Under the pieces are notes generated by a model. That model ran no database searches, was not told the origin of the DNA, and saw nothing but the letters and a program-made list of their open reading frames with translations. 62,291 nucleotides of DNA from a virus (lineage: Duplodnaviria > Caudoviricetes): IMG/VR virus record IMGVR_UViG_3300031718_000010, positions 1 to 62,291 of that record; one strand, written 5' to 3'. Shown here piece after piece: positions 9,523 through 19,026 of the stretch. Position 1 is the stretch's first letter. Each line of letters opens with the position of its first letter. The position numbers and the translations under genes were made by a program.

Positions 9523-9756
9523 ATGGCTAAATCAGTTAAAATAGCGGGTGAAGGATTCGGGGACCCTGGTATCACCGGAAATGAGGGTGCTGAGCAGGTT
9601 ATTAGCCCTCTCAGTTTTCAAAATAACAGTGGTCAAACTGTAACTGAACGCAACACCCCCGAATGGCCCTGTCAACTTGAGGATGAAGGTGAACCATACC
9701 CAATCCCTCAAGATACCCTTGGATTCATCCCTAAGGTTCACGGTGGGAAAAAGTAA
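9523..9756 (+). CDS. Small head-region protein, possible paralog of 9259
   Basis: Shared EGF / SPL / EP..P.D..G pattern. Confidence 0.65.
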   Translation: MAKSVKIAGEGFGDPGITGNEGAEQVISPLSFQNNSGQTVTERNTPEWPCQLEDEGEPYPIPQDTLGFIPKVHGGKK

Positions 9757-10196
9757 TGGGAGCAAACCCCTTAATGGCCGCTTTAGCCCCTATGCTTATG
9801 GCAAGGTTATCAGGGGGTGGTTCGGGTGGAGGTCCCCCAGGTGGTCCGGGTACAGGACCCGCTTCATCCCCCGCAGACATGGCTCAGTCCGCTAGTTATG
9901 GTAGGGAGCTATCATCTGCTAGACAAGCCGACCCTGCTGCATTAGGCCAAAAGATAATGCAGATTAAAAGTATGATAGGTGAGATTATCACTCAAACTTT
10001 ACATAGCAGCCCAGGTGTAGCTAGGGCTATGTCTAAGACATTACAAGGTTTAGATGCAGCTATGAAGGAAGCCGCTGAGAATGCCGCTACCCTTCAGATG
10101 GCTCAACCATTACAGGCATCAGCAGCACAAGGTGCCCCAGGTTCAGGAGGCCCAATGCCTTCACCAGTTGGAACGCCTGGAATGGGGCAGATGTAA
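9756..10196 (+). CDS. Gly/Pro/Met-rich head-region protein
   Basis: Coupled ORF before the scaffold gene. Confidence 0.7.
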   Translation: MGANPLMAALAPMLMARLSGGGSGGGPPGGPGTGPASSPADMAQSASYGRELSSARQADPAALGQKIMQIKSMIGEIITQTLHSSPGVARAMSKTLQGLDAAMKEAAENAATLQMAQPLQASAAQGAPGSGGPMPSPVGTPGMGQM

Positions 10197-10221
10197 TTAA
10201 CTAAGTCAAAGGGATAATCAT

Positions 10222-11112
10222 ATGCCTACACTTAAAGAAGTATTAGCTGACAAAGCCAAATATCAAGACAGCCTATTATGGAAATTTGATGATACAACTT
10301 CAGTCACATTAGGTCAACTTAGACAATTATCTGATGAAAAGCAAGCTCAACTCAGTAAGCAGGAAACTGATATGCTTAAGCGTCAAACTGAGCTAGATGC
10401 CGCTGATAGAAAACTTAAAGATAGCCAAATCCAAACAGCTAATGTATTCACCTCCTTAAATAGCGCAATGGAAGCTATCAAGGCTGGCAGGTTAAACGAC
10501 CCTGCTGTTACCAGTTTATTTGGGAATAATGGCGTCCCTGGTGTAGGTCCAACTGGACCAGCTGACCCCTTTGCTGAATTATCTCGGCTTGAATCTGATA
10601 GCTTAATGGGGCCATTGGTTAAAGTATTAAAGGTAGTCAATGACCGTGCCCAAAAAGCCGAGCAAGCCGTAGCTAATAACATAAAAGTCCAGCAAACTAT
10701 GGCTACCCACTATCTAAATGGCACCTTAGAAGATAGATACGATAGACTCGTCCCGGCTGATAAGCAGGATAAAATCACCCTAGAAGCCCTAATTAGGGAC
10801 GCGGTAGCCCATAACGAGCTTAGAACAGATAGCACCCCTGATATTCGTAAGGCTTATATTCGTGCAACCGCAGCTGATACTCAGGCTGAGCATGATAAAC
10901 AGGTAGCTGAAGCAGCTATCAAAAAATACCAAGAGGAACATCCAGACAGCAATAACGCAATCAACGTACCCCCTACCTCTAGCTTTTTCGGCTTAGACGT
11001 GCATAATAGGGGTGGTGACGCAGCCAAACCATTTAAGAACCTAGATGAGGCATTTGCCGCTGCTGCGAAGGACAAAGATATCTGGTCATCTGTTGACCAA
11101 ATGAAGAATTAG
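10222..11112 (+). CDS. Putative scaffolding protein
   Basis: Helical/coiled-coil ORF upstream of the capsid gene; C-terminal FKNLDEAFAAA helix. Confidence 0.65.
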   Translation: MPTLKEVLADKAKYQDSLLWKFDDTTSVTLGQLRQLSDEKQAQLSKQETDMLKRQTELDAADRKLKDSQIQTANVFTSLNSAMEAIKAGRLNDPAVTSLFGNNGVPGVGPTGPADPFAELSRLESDSLMGPLVKVLKVVNDRAQKAEQAVANNIKVQQTMATHYLNGTLEDRYDRLVPADKQDKITLEALIRDAVAHNELRTDSTPDIRKAYIRATAADTQAEHDKQVAEAAIKKYQEEHPDSNNAINVPPTSSFFGLDVHNRGGDAAKPFKNLDEAFAAAAKDKDIWSSVDQMKN

Positions 11113-11163
11113 TTCGTTGACTTAAATAGCAAAGTATGTCATCCTTCTTAACTGAAGGGTGAT

Positions 11164-11745
11164 ATGCCTAAAAAGTTTGATAGTTTAGAGGAAAAGCGTG
11201 AGTATCAGCGCAATATACAAGCTAACTGGAGAGCAGCCAATCCAGATAAAGTGGAGGCTGCTAAATCTGCTGCTGCGGAAAGAACAGCTAAATGGCGTGA
11301 GGAGCGTACTCCAGAAGAACGTGAAGCTGGGAGGCTTCAAGTTGCCAAATGGCGGGCTGATTTTAAGAAACGTGACCCCGAAGGTTATAGAAAATACGAA
11401 AACGAACGTAATAAGCGGGAAAGGGACAAACTTAAGGCTGAAGTCATTGCTGAATATGGGGGAAAATGTACCTGTTGTGGCGTTACAGGACCAGAATTTC
11501 TTACTATCCACCACATCGCAGGGGATGGAGCAGCACATAGAGCCTTATTATTCCCTAGTCAAGCCTCAAATCGTGGAGGCGGGGGATATAGATTTTGGCT
11601 CTGGCTCAAACGTAATAAATGGCCTAAAGACAATTTTGCGCTTCATTGTTATAACTGTAACTGTTCTAAGGGATTCTATGGCTACTGTCCGCATGAGCGT
11701 GCTGGGGATGATATACCAGCACCTCTCGGCGTAGCAGGAGGGTAG
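11164..11745 (+). CDS. Free-standing HNH-type homing endonuclease
   Basis: YGGKCTCCG..FLTIHHI...LHCYNCN...CPHE. Confidence 0.8.
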   Translation: MPKKFDSLEEKREYQRNIQANWRAANPDKVEAAKSAAAERTAKWREERTPEEREAGRLQVAKWRADFKKRDPEGYRKYENERNKRERDKLKAEVIAEYGGKCTCCGVTGPEFLTIHHIAGDGAAHRALLFPSQASNRGGGGYRFWLWLKRNKWPKDNFALHCYNCNCSKGFYGYCPHERAGDDIPAPLGVAGG

Positions 11746-11749
11746 CTAT

Positions 11750-12748
11750 ATCGCTGGCGTCATAGGAATGGGACTCCAAAATCCGCCGTTGGTTTTGGTG
11801 AACACAATGAATAGTATTTCAGCTAAGTACGTTATACCCACGTTAGGGGACACAATATTTATCCCTTCCCCTACATGGTGGGCAATGACCCGTAATGGGA
11901 AGAAGTTTGGTATGGGTGAAATTGTCTACCCTGAAATCTTCCAGGAAGAACAGACTGGTGGGGCTTATTTTGGTGACCAGCTTCTTGACACGGCAGTAGT
12001 GGATAGCGTCACCCCAGCTAACCAAGTATGGCGCTTCTACCGCCAATCTATGGCCATCCCCATCACTGATATTATCCTCAACCGTGGGGGTTATCTCAAC
12101 CTAGTTAAGACTAAGTATGAGATAGCATCAGCCTCATTCCTTCAAAAGTTAAGCCGTGCAATCTGGGGTACTAGCCCTCAGAATACAGCATTAGACGTTG
12201 ATAGCATCCCTACTTGGTTAAATAGCCAAACCAACACTGTTGCCGGGATTAATAGAACCACAGCTGCAAATGCTTTCTGGCGTCCACAGGCTGCTGTTGC
12301 TCTTGCTGGCACCGTGTTACCTAGCCAACTTGAAACTGGTTATCAGAACACTGTATTTGGTTATGATGAACCTGATGTCCTTACTTTAACCAATGCCTGC
12401 TACGCCTCTTTTAAGTCTAACTATATCCCAACCTCAGCAGCTAACGTAGGCGTAATCCGTTTCGGTAGGGATAGCCAGCAGGAACAAGTCCCCCAGGGTT
12501 CCATCCGTAATCACTTCATGTTTAATAATGCCTTAGTGCTCCCTGACCGCTTTAATCCAGCTAACACTCTTAGCTTGATTAACACTAAGTATATGTATCC
12601 TGTGTTCCATGAGTCTGATTACTTTACCGTGGACCCATTTATTAAGCCTAGTAACCAGCGTGTTGTTGTCTCGACAATGTATGTGACTTGGCAATTAATT
12701 AATCGTAGTCCTAGGATGGGAGTTACGTTCACGGGCGCGCCAGCTTAA
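11750..12748 (+). CDS. Major capsid protein (track ATG 11768; ATC 11750 proposed)
   Basis: ~330 aa after the scaffold; DTIFIPSPTW, AGINRT..AFWR, PDVLT and C-terminal NRSPRMG pattern typical of HK97-fold podophage capsids. Confidence 0.85.
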   Translation: MAGVIGMGLQNPPLVLVNTMNSISAKYVIPTLGDTIFIPSPTWWAMTRNGKKFGMGEIVYPEIFQEEQTGGAYFGDQLLDTAVVDSVTPANQVWRFYRQSMAIPITDIILNRGGYLNLVKTKYEIASASFLQKLSRAIWGTSPQNTALDVDSIPTWLNSQTNTVAGINRTTAANAFWRPQAAVALAGTVLPSQLETGYQNTVFGYDEPDVLTLTNACYASFKSNYIPTSAANVGVIRFGRDSQQEQVPQGSIRNHFMFNNALVLPDRFNPANTLSLINTKYMYPVFHESDYFTVDPFIKPSNQRVVVSTMYVTWQLINRSPRMGVTFTGAPA

Positions 12749-12791
12749 ACAAAATAAAGGACTTATACGGTTTGAGGTAAAGAAAAAGCGA

Positions 12792-13310
12792 ATGGAAATA
12801 ACAGCCCAATACCTAGCAGGTTTCGTAGATGGAGAAGGCTGCATCTATGTAAGAACCTGTAATTATAGGACTAAAGGACTTGCTAAACTTGCTAATAAAA
12901 TAGTTAGAAGCAAACGGGTTAAGGCGAGATTAACTATAGTTAATGTTCATCTTCCTACCTTACAGCTAATTGCTGAACAGTGGGGAGGAAAGATATACGC
13001 CAGGATTCATGGTAAGTATTATGAGGGACGCAAGATTAGGCAAAGTTGGCAGCTAAATTGGGACAAGCAAGAGGAGCTACTTAAAGTTTTAGTAGCTATT
13101 CAGCCTTACCTTATCCAGAAGCGTCCACAGGTAGATTATTTCTTGTCTGAATGGGTACCTACAATGCGTGATATACGTGGTGGAGGGTATCACCTTACAG
13201 ATGAGGAGTATAATAAGCGCCTTGAGGTTGGAACTAAACTCAAGGAACTTAAACATGAAGAGTTTGTGGCTACACGCCCTAATATGAGGGCAGAAAGCCT
13301 AGGAGGGTAG
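12792..13310 (+). CDS. Free-standing LAGLIDADG homing endonuclease
   Basis: YLAGFVDGEGCI; IQPYLIQKRPQ. Confidence 0.88.
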   Translation: MEITAQYLAGFVDGEGCIYVRTCNYRTKGLAKLANKIVRSKRVKARLTIVNVHLPTLQLIAEQWGGKIYARIHGKYYEGRKIRQSWQLNWDKQEELLKVLVAIQPYLIQKRPQVDYFLSEWVPTMRDIRGGGYHLTDEEYNKRLEVGTKLKELKHEEFVATRPNMRAESLGG

Positions 13311-13314
13311 CTAT

Positions 13315-13713
13315 ATCGCCATTGTAAACAAATTGACTACGCTTATGCCTGCGTTTGGTGCGCCAACTGAATATATAACCCTATTAGGCCAAGCTGTGGT
13401 TAACACAGCCACCACTACCAATTATGTCCTGACTGGATTTATCAACTATGTCCGGTCAGGTAGGGTTAGATTTAAGATTATCCCCCCTGCTGGTGCGGCT
13501 GGTCAAATCACAGCCATTGTCATCACTGGTACTGATGGCACTACCACCGTTACCCTTTACCAAGACGCCGTTGCTAGAACCGCTGGCACTAACCTTGATT
13601 TCCTATATAGCTTCATTAGCGAACTTAACCTTACCACTGTAACTGTAGCTGTAACCACAGCCGCCGCTGGTGCGGCCTCAACCGCTGACCTTGAAATTAC
13701 AGGTAACCCGTAA
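13315..13713 (+). CDS. Putative capsid decoration/cement protein (ATC 13315 proposed)
   Basis: Thr/Ala-rich beta protein right after the capsid gene. Confidence 0.6.
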   Translation: MAIVNKLTTLMPAFGAPTEYITLLGQAVVNTATTTNYVLTGFINYVRSGRVRFKIIPPAGAAGQITAIVITGTDGTTTVTLYQDAVARTAGTNLDFLYSFISELNLTTVTVAVTTAAAGAASTADLEITGNP

Positions 13714-13740
13714 TCAGATTATAATCAGGAGGCTTAGGAG

Positions 13741-13950
13741 ATGGCGGTGCCCCTATCCACTACTGGAGTAGCTGTTAAGGCTGCTATTACTTTACGTCTA
13801 GTTGAATTGGGCCACGCGTTATCCCCTAGTCATATTGCTGCTTTAACTGCTGATATCATGACTACTATCAACGCTAATTCTGGAACGGTAGTAGCTGATG
13901 CTGCCATGGATACACTAGGCTATCAGCCTCCAGCACATGGGAAATTTTGA
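13741..13950 (+). CDS. Small virion-region protein, paralog A
   Basis: RL...GH.L...TINANSGTV shared with 13999. Confidence 0.7.
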   Translation: MAVPLSTTGVAVKAAITLRLVELGHALSPSHIAALTADIMTTINANSGTVVADAAMDTLGYQPPAHGKF

Positions 13951-13998
13951 TATGTTATATAGCGTGATAAATAGTATGCTAAATAGGGTAGGTGTAAC

Positions 13999-14205
13999 AT
14001 GCCTGTCGCTTCAGCCACTAGGGTAGCATTGTTAGCTATCTGTCAGACAAGATTAGCTAACCAAGGACATTTATTAGATAGTAGCCAGCTAGGTGCTTTA
14101 GTAGATGACATCGAGTTTACGATTAACGCTAATAGTGGCACGGTATTAAGTGATGTAGGGGTAGACCTAGGCTTATGGCCGGACCCGACCCAAGGGGGAA
14201 ATTAA
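13999..14205 (+). CDS. Small virion-region protein, paralog B
   Basis: See 13741. Confidence 0.7.
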   Translation: MPVASATRVALLAICQTRLANQGHLLDSSQLGALVDDIEFTINANSGTVLSDVGVDLGLWPDPTQGGN

Positions 14206-14206
14206 G

Positions 14207-14455
14207 ATGGCTACTATTGATACATCTAAGGTATTTGAAACCGTTAAACAAATAGCCTTAGACGAACTTAGAGCTAAGGGTTATGCACCTAACTCCGCTG
14301 ATGTCGTTGGTATAGCTAAGTTATCAGCTGCGTTAGTTATAGCAGAAGTGGAGAAGGCTATGGCTGAAGTTTCAACAGCTAGTCAGCCTAAGACGTTTCC
14401 TTCAACGTCTAGCTCAGTTGTTCCACCTACAGAGCTAACAAAGCCTCCCGTCTAA
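14207..14455 (+). CDS. Hypothetical protein
   Basis: SD GGGGG. Confidence 0.65.
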   Translation: MATIDTSKVFETVKQIALDELRAKGYAPNSADVVGIAKLSAALVIAEVEKAMAEVSTASQPKTFPSTSSSVVPPTELTKPPV

Positions 14456-14466
14456 AGGAGGCTCCC

Positions 14467-15735
14467 ATTCTAGTCGGTGATATAATCATTGAATCCCGTG
14501 AGTTAATCCCTGACCTACCTCAGGTCATGGGTCCTCCCTTCCTTAATCCAACCTCAGCTGGGACTAACATAGCCGGGGGTAACATAGCTCCAGGAAGCTA
14601 TATTATCGTAATCACTAATACTAACGCTTGGGGGGAATCCCTTCCATCAGCCCAAGTAACTGTAGTAGTTGCCCCAGGCCAAAATGCCATAAATCTATTA
14701 TATAATGGTGCTCCTGGAAATACAGGGAACGGTAAGGTATATGTATTAAATGGAGCCTTGGGAGTCCCTAATAATCAAGCTATAGTTATCCCATTCTCTG
14801 ACCCTACGTTCTCTGGTGTTATTCCTATCCTTAATGTAACATCTAGCCCTAATAGTGCAGGATTACCCCCATCTCGTTCATCTGCCTTTCTCCCTGATAC
14901 AGATGGTAGGTTTGCATCAGTTGGGACATTATATCGTTGGCTTAATTCAGCCTTAAACACAGCAGCCTATATCTGTAAAGGTATCCCTGACACAAGCGGT
15001 ATCCAAATGGTCCAGCAACAAGGCATGTATACCATGCCGGGAATATGGGAAAAGATTGAGAATATGTGGTTTGACGGTTATCCCCTTGCTGCTGACTCAA
15101 GGGGTGGGGGATTCTATCGTAACGTCCTAACTGGTATCAGTTTTATAATCATATTACAAACAAATAGTGATAGACAGATAATCGAACTCCAACCTCAACC
15201 AGATAGAACAGGTGGCTCAACAACCTTAAGTGTAGAGGCTGGGATAAATGATACCCAATTTAGCCTTGCATCCAGCGCGTCAATAGGCTTATCCCTAGGA
15301 ATGGCTCAAGTAGGCACAGAGGTAATCAGCTATGGGACATTAGCTGGTCCTGGGTTTATAGGCTGTGCCAGGGGATTAGGGGGGACACAACAGCAGGCAT
15401 GGCCTGTTGGTACGCCTGTCACTGAGCTTAATTTTAGGTTTGGCGGCTTGCGTCTAAATCAACAAGTCCAATATCTCCCTGGGCAATCTAACATCAGCTT
15501 ACAAGTCCCTCCAGGCTGGCGTCCAGCCTTAGTTGATTATATCATAGGTAAGGCCCGTGAAGGAGAAAGAAAGGGGCCTGAGGCTAAGGAATATTTACAA
15601 AAATTCACTAGTTTTCTTAAAGACTATATGAGAGGGACTAGACAAACAGCTGGCCCTAGACAACTTGGAAGCGTAACTCCTGCGGGTGACGGATATCCTA
15701 GTGCGAGTTCCGGGGGCCGAATAATAGTTCCTTAG
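14467..15735 (+). CDS. Head-tail adaptor-like protein with inserted beta domains (ATT 14467 proposed)
   Basis: LVGDIIIESRELIPD / LYRWLNSAL / IELQPQPD / VPPGWRPALVDY adaptor-type segments. Confidence 0.65.
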   Translation: MLVGDIIIESRELIPDLPQVMGPPFLNPTSAGTNIAGGNIAPGSYIIVITNTNAWGESLPSAQVTVVVAPGQNAINLLYNGAPGNTGNGKVYVLNGALGVPNNQAIVIPFSDPTFSGVIPILNVTSSPNSAGLPPSRSSAFLPDTDGRFASVGTLYRWLNSALNTAAYICKGIPDTSGIQMVQQQGMYTMPGIWEKIENMWFDGYPLAADSRGGGFYRNVLTGISFIIILQTNSDRQIIELQPQPDRTGGSTTLSVEAGINDTQFSLASSASIGLSLGMAQVGTEVISYGTLAGPGFIGCARGLGGTQQQAWPVGTPVTELNFRFGGLRLNQQVQYLPGQSNISLQVPPGWRPALVDYIIGKAREGERKGPEAKEYLQKFTSFLKDYMRGTRQTAGPRQLGSVTPAGDGYPSASSGGRIIVP

Positions 15736-15745
15736 GAGCTAAGTT

Positions 15746-16228
15746 GTGTCGAATCAATACTTTAGTAGCTTATATTGTAAGAATGGCCATCTTTTACTTG
15801 GGGATAATATAAGGCGTACCGCATTTACTATTGCTAGAAATATGAGACAATGTAAGCTGTGTTGGTCTGCCTATATGAAGAAGCTGAGGAATAATAACCT
15901 CGAAAAATTTAGAGCTAAAGAAAAGAGGATAACTACTAATCGCTGTCAGCGTTATAAGCAGATGATATTTGAGGCTTACGGTAGAGTGTGTGAATGCTGC
16001 GGAGAGACACACGAAGCGTTTCTTACTCTTCACCATAAAAAGGATAATGGAGCAGAACATAGAAGATTACGCAGAGGAGCTAAACTATGGTACCTAGATG
16101 TAATTCGTGCTGGGTTCCCTAAAGACGAATATGGTTTACTTTGTATGAATTGTAATTACGCTCGTCGTTGGGGTAAACAGTGTCCTCACGAACTCGAACG
16201 TAGACAATCTCAAATAGCTGCTGACTAA
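15746..16228 (+). CDS. Free-standing HNH-type endonuclease
   Basis: CKNGH..CKLC N-domain; YGRVCECCG..FLTLHH...LLCMNCN...CPHE; related to 11164. Confidence 0.8.
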   Translation: MSNQYFSSLYCKNGHLLLGDNIRRTAFTIARNMRQCKLCWSAYMKKLRNNNLEKFRAKEKRITTNRCQRYKQMIFEAYGRVCECCGETHEAFLTLHHKKDNGAEHRRLRRGAKLWYLDVIRAGFPKDEYGLLCMNCNYARRWGKQCPHELERRQSQIAAD

Positions 16229-16229
16229 T

Positions 16230-19022
16230 ATGCCTCTCAAATCCATCCCATTTACCTCCTTCCTTAAAGGACTTAACTCCTCAACCACTCGTACTAACCA
16301 ACCTCAAGGGACAGTTCCTAGGTTAAATAACATGGTCCTAACCCGTAGAGGAGGGCTAGTAACCTGTGATGGAAGCCAAATAGTTAACGCATTCAATGAT
16401 ATCCCAATCGCTAATCGCGGTAGGGCTATGTGTGAGGTTTTATTCTCCCCAACTAGTGTCCTTCCATATTATATGAGAATAATGAAGGCTCTTGATATCC
16501 CTCTAGGCCCTCCATTAAATCTAACCTTAACCACAGCAGGTGGAGGTAGCCTAGCTGCTGGTAACTATTTCTATAAAGTAACAGCAATAGATAACGTAGG
16601 AGGAGAGACAATAGCCTCTAATGAGGCTAATATCGCAACTGGAGCTAATGGCTCTAACACCCTAACTTGGAATATCGTCCCCAATGCCCAAGGATATAAC
16701 ATATATAGGGGAACAGCAAGTGGAGGAGAGACATTATTAAGTGGGGCTGGATTACCTGTTCCTCAGGTTGGAGTAGGCAATTTAACAGCCTCATTTATAG
16801 ATACTGGGGCATCAACCTCAGGGGCTATGAATATAGTTGATGCTATACATGGGGTGGCATCACCTAATGTAATTTGGCTCATGCCTAATCCTATAAATGT
16901 TAATATAGGAACCCAAATATTAGTCGCTGGAACAGGTATCGTCCTTCCTCCAACAGGAACATTAGATGGGTTACATATAGTAACAGCTGTCTATTCCCCT
17001 ACATCGTTTGCTACAGCTAATTTATTAGGTGTTAATAGTTATGGCTCTATAGTTGGGACGGTAACTGTAGTATCCCCTCCTCCAGCTGTTGATACAACTC
17101 AACAAACTGGCTTATATAAAATGCCATCATCTATTGGAGGGATAGCGTATAATAATAGTAATTTAGTGGCCTTATTCCCGGCTGATGTCAGGCCAGCCCC
17201 AGGTGTTGGTGGTGGAGGAGGTGGTGGTGGGGGAACAGGTAGTGGAACAGGAGGAGCAGGTGGTCCTCAAAACTCTACTCCATCTGGAGGTGTCCCAGGT
17301 AATGTGTCCCTTATCCCTCAGATGGTTCAGTTTAATAATCAAATAGCTATAGCTTTAGGTAATACATTACCCCCTCAAGTCTATAGAGATGCAACCGGAA
17401 CTGTAACCAACCCAGCTAATATCTCAGGCATAACAGCTATATCCGTTGATGCTAATGGTGTTGTGACTATAACTGCTGCCCATAACCTTGTAGCTAGTCA
17501 AACAGGTGGGTCAATTATAGTGTCTGGTGTCCCTCTTGGTCCATATAACGGGACATTTGTTACCATATCAGTTAGCCCTGGGACTATTAAAGTTTATAAC
17601 CATTTAGCCATTGGTCAAGCTGCCTCAGCAGGTGGATTTGTGACCATTACCACAACGCCTATTATATCCACTTTCACAACTGCTTATCCAACATGGGCTA
17701 CAGGTATAACCTATTTAGTTGGAGATATCGTAACCCCTACCGTATCTAATGGCCATTATTATAAATGTATCCAAGGTGGGATATCAGGTGCTACCCAACC
17801 TACATTTCCAACTGTAACTGGTCAACAGGTAACAGATGCCACCGTTATCTGGCAAGAAGCTGGCCTAACCAACACAACCGCTCCTCCACCCCCCGGCTGT
17901 GGCCATTTCACAGTTTATTCAGGCTCACTATGGGCATGGAATACATGGTATACTAATACAACTAACGGCTTAGATGGTCCAACAGCCCTTAGGATGTGTG
18001 ATAGTGGTAATATAAACAGCTGGAACCCAGTTAATCAAGCCTTCATTGATAAAGATGATGGGTCTGAAGGGATGGGGCTTGGAGCGTTTACCATAACTGG
18101 ATTTGGTATCCCACCTGAAGGCTCATTAATTGCCTTCAAAAATTATAGTGGATATCAAATCGTTGGAGTATTTGGCTCATCTAATTTCCTTATTCAACGT
18201 ATTAAATCTGATTTAGGCTGCACGGCTCCTCGTACTATTCAATTCCTAACTGGTTATGGTTTGATTAGATTTAGTCATCTAGGCTTTACCTTATTTGATG
18301 GGATAAATGATAAGGTAATGAGTGAGGATATTAAGGATTTTATCTTCCCGACTAATGATACTGATACATTAGATATCACATCTATAGACTTCAACTGGGT
18401 ATCAATAAGCTGGGCTAGCCAAACCGTCTACCCTCCTATGTATGTATGTGCTGTTCCAGTTGGTAACAGTAATGGTAAGCTAACTGAGATAGTATGCTTT
18501 GACCTTGTTCTTAAATGCTGGGCTGGGATAGTCACCCCACCATTTGCTATCTCAACCTTATATCAAGCTAGGTCAACCACAACAACAGCTGTTACATTAA
18601 TGGGTACATTTGACGATGGCTGCTTACATCGCTGTTTCGCAGGTGATTCAACGTGGGATAATAGCATTGACACTCCCGGCCCATCTCCCGTTAATTGGTC
18701 TGTTGAAACCCCTGAGGTAATTAATAAAGAAGCCCCTGAGTCTAGGTTCTATTGTAAACAGCTATCTATTAGGGGTAAATTCTATAACCCAACTAGTCAA
18801 CTAGGGGACATTGGTATAGTAATCCAAGATGAGATATCATATGATGATAATCCTAATGTCTATCCAATAGGCTCAACTGGATTATTTGTAGCTATATTAG
18901 CTATCAATCAATCAGGGATAAGTATCCATTGTGATATAGAAGGTAGTGGGCCAGTTGAGATTGATAGTTTCGATTATGGGATTGACCCAACTGATTCAGT
19001 TGTTCCACCAAGGTTGACTTGA
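16230..19022 (+). CDS. Tail nozzle/stabilisation protein (P22 gp10/T7 gp12-like) with accessory insertions
   Basis: N-terminal KGLN...NNMVL..RGGL; LIAFKN, LGCTAPRTI propeller-type repeats; CBM-like WATGITYLVGD..GHYYKC insert. Confidence 0.7.
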   Translation: MPLKSIPFTSFLKGLNSSTTRTNQPQGTVPRLNNMVLTRRGGLVTCDGSQIVNAFNDIPIANRGRAMCEVLFSPTSVLPYYMRIMKALDIPLGPPLNLTLTTAGGGSLAAGNYFYKVTAIDNVGGETIASNEANIATGANGSNTLTWNIVPNAQGYNIYRGTASGGETLLSGAGLPVPQVGVGNLTASFIDTGASTSGAMNIVDAIHGVASPNVIWLMPNPINVNIGTQILVAGTGIVLPPTGTLDGLHIVTAVYSPTSFATANLLGVNSYGSIVGTVTVVSPPPAVDTTQQTGLYKMPSSIGGIAYNNSNLVALFPADVRPAPGVGGGGGGGGGTGSGTGGAGGPQNSTPSGGVPGNVSLIPQMVQFNNQIAIALGNTLPPQVYRDATGTVTNPANISGITAISVDANGVVTITAAHNLVASQTGGSIIVSGVPLGPYNGTFVTISVSPGTIKVYNHLAIGQAASAGGFVTITTTPIISTFTTAYPTWATGITYLVGDIVTPTVSNGHYYKCIQGGISGATQPTFPTVTGQQVTDATVIWQEAGLTNTTAPPPPGCGHFTVYSGSLWAWNTWYTNTTNGLDGPTALRMCDSGNINSWNPVNQAFIDKDDGSEGMGLGAFTITGFGIPPEGSLIAFKNYSGYQIVGVFGSSNFLIQRIKSDLGCTAPRTIQFLTGYGLIRFSHLGFTLFDGINDKVMSEDIKDFIFPTNDTDTLDITSIDFNWVSISWASQTVYPPMYVCAVPVGNSNGKLTEIVCFDLVLKCWAGIVTPPFAISTLYQARSTTTTAVTLMGTFDDGCLHRCFAGDSTWDNSIDTPGPSPVNWSVETPEVINKEAPESRFYCKQLSIRGKFYNPTSQLGDIGIVIQDEISYDDNPNVYPIGSTGLFVAILAINQSGISIHCDIEGSGPVEIDSFDYGIDPTDSVVPPRLT

Positions 19023-19026
19023 TATT

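Noticed and set aside
9042-9756. C-terminal GG(K)K peptides as additional Ubls
   Set aside because: No beta-grasp pattern; the Gly codons are explained by the overlapping SD of the next gene
11113-13314. Group I/II introns around the endonuclease genes
   Set aside because: Flanking genes end in normal stops and no intron core was recognised; kept only as an alternative hypothesis
17200-17265. GGT/GGA tandem repeat
   Set aside because: Encodes a poly-Gly linker
17420-17620. E1 FCCH-like segment in the tail protein as part of the Ubl system
   Set aside because: This small beta module is common in phage tail proteins and is unlinked to the operon
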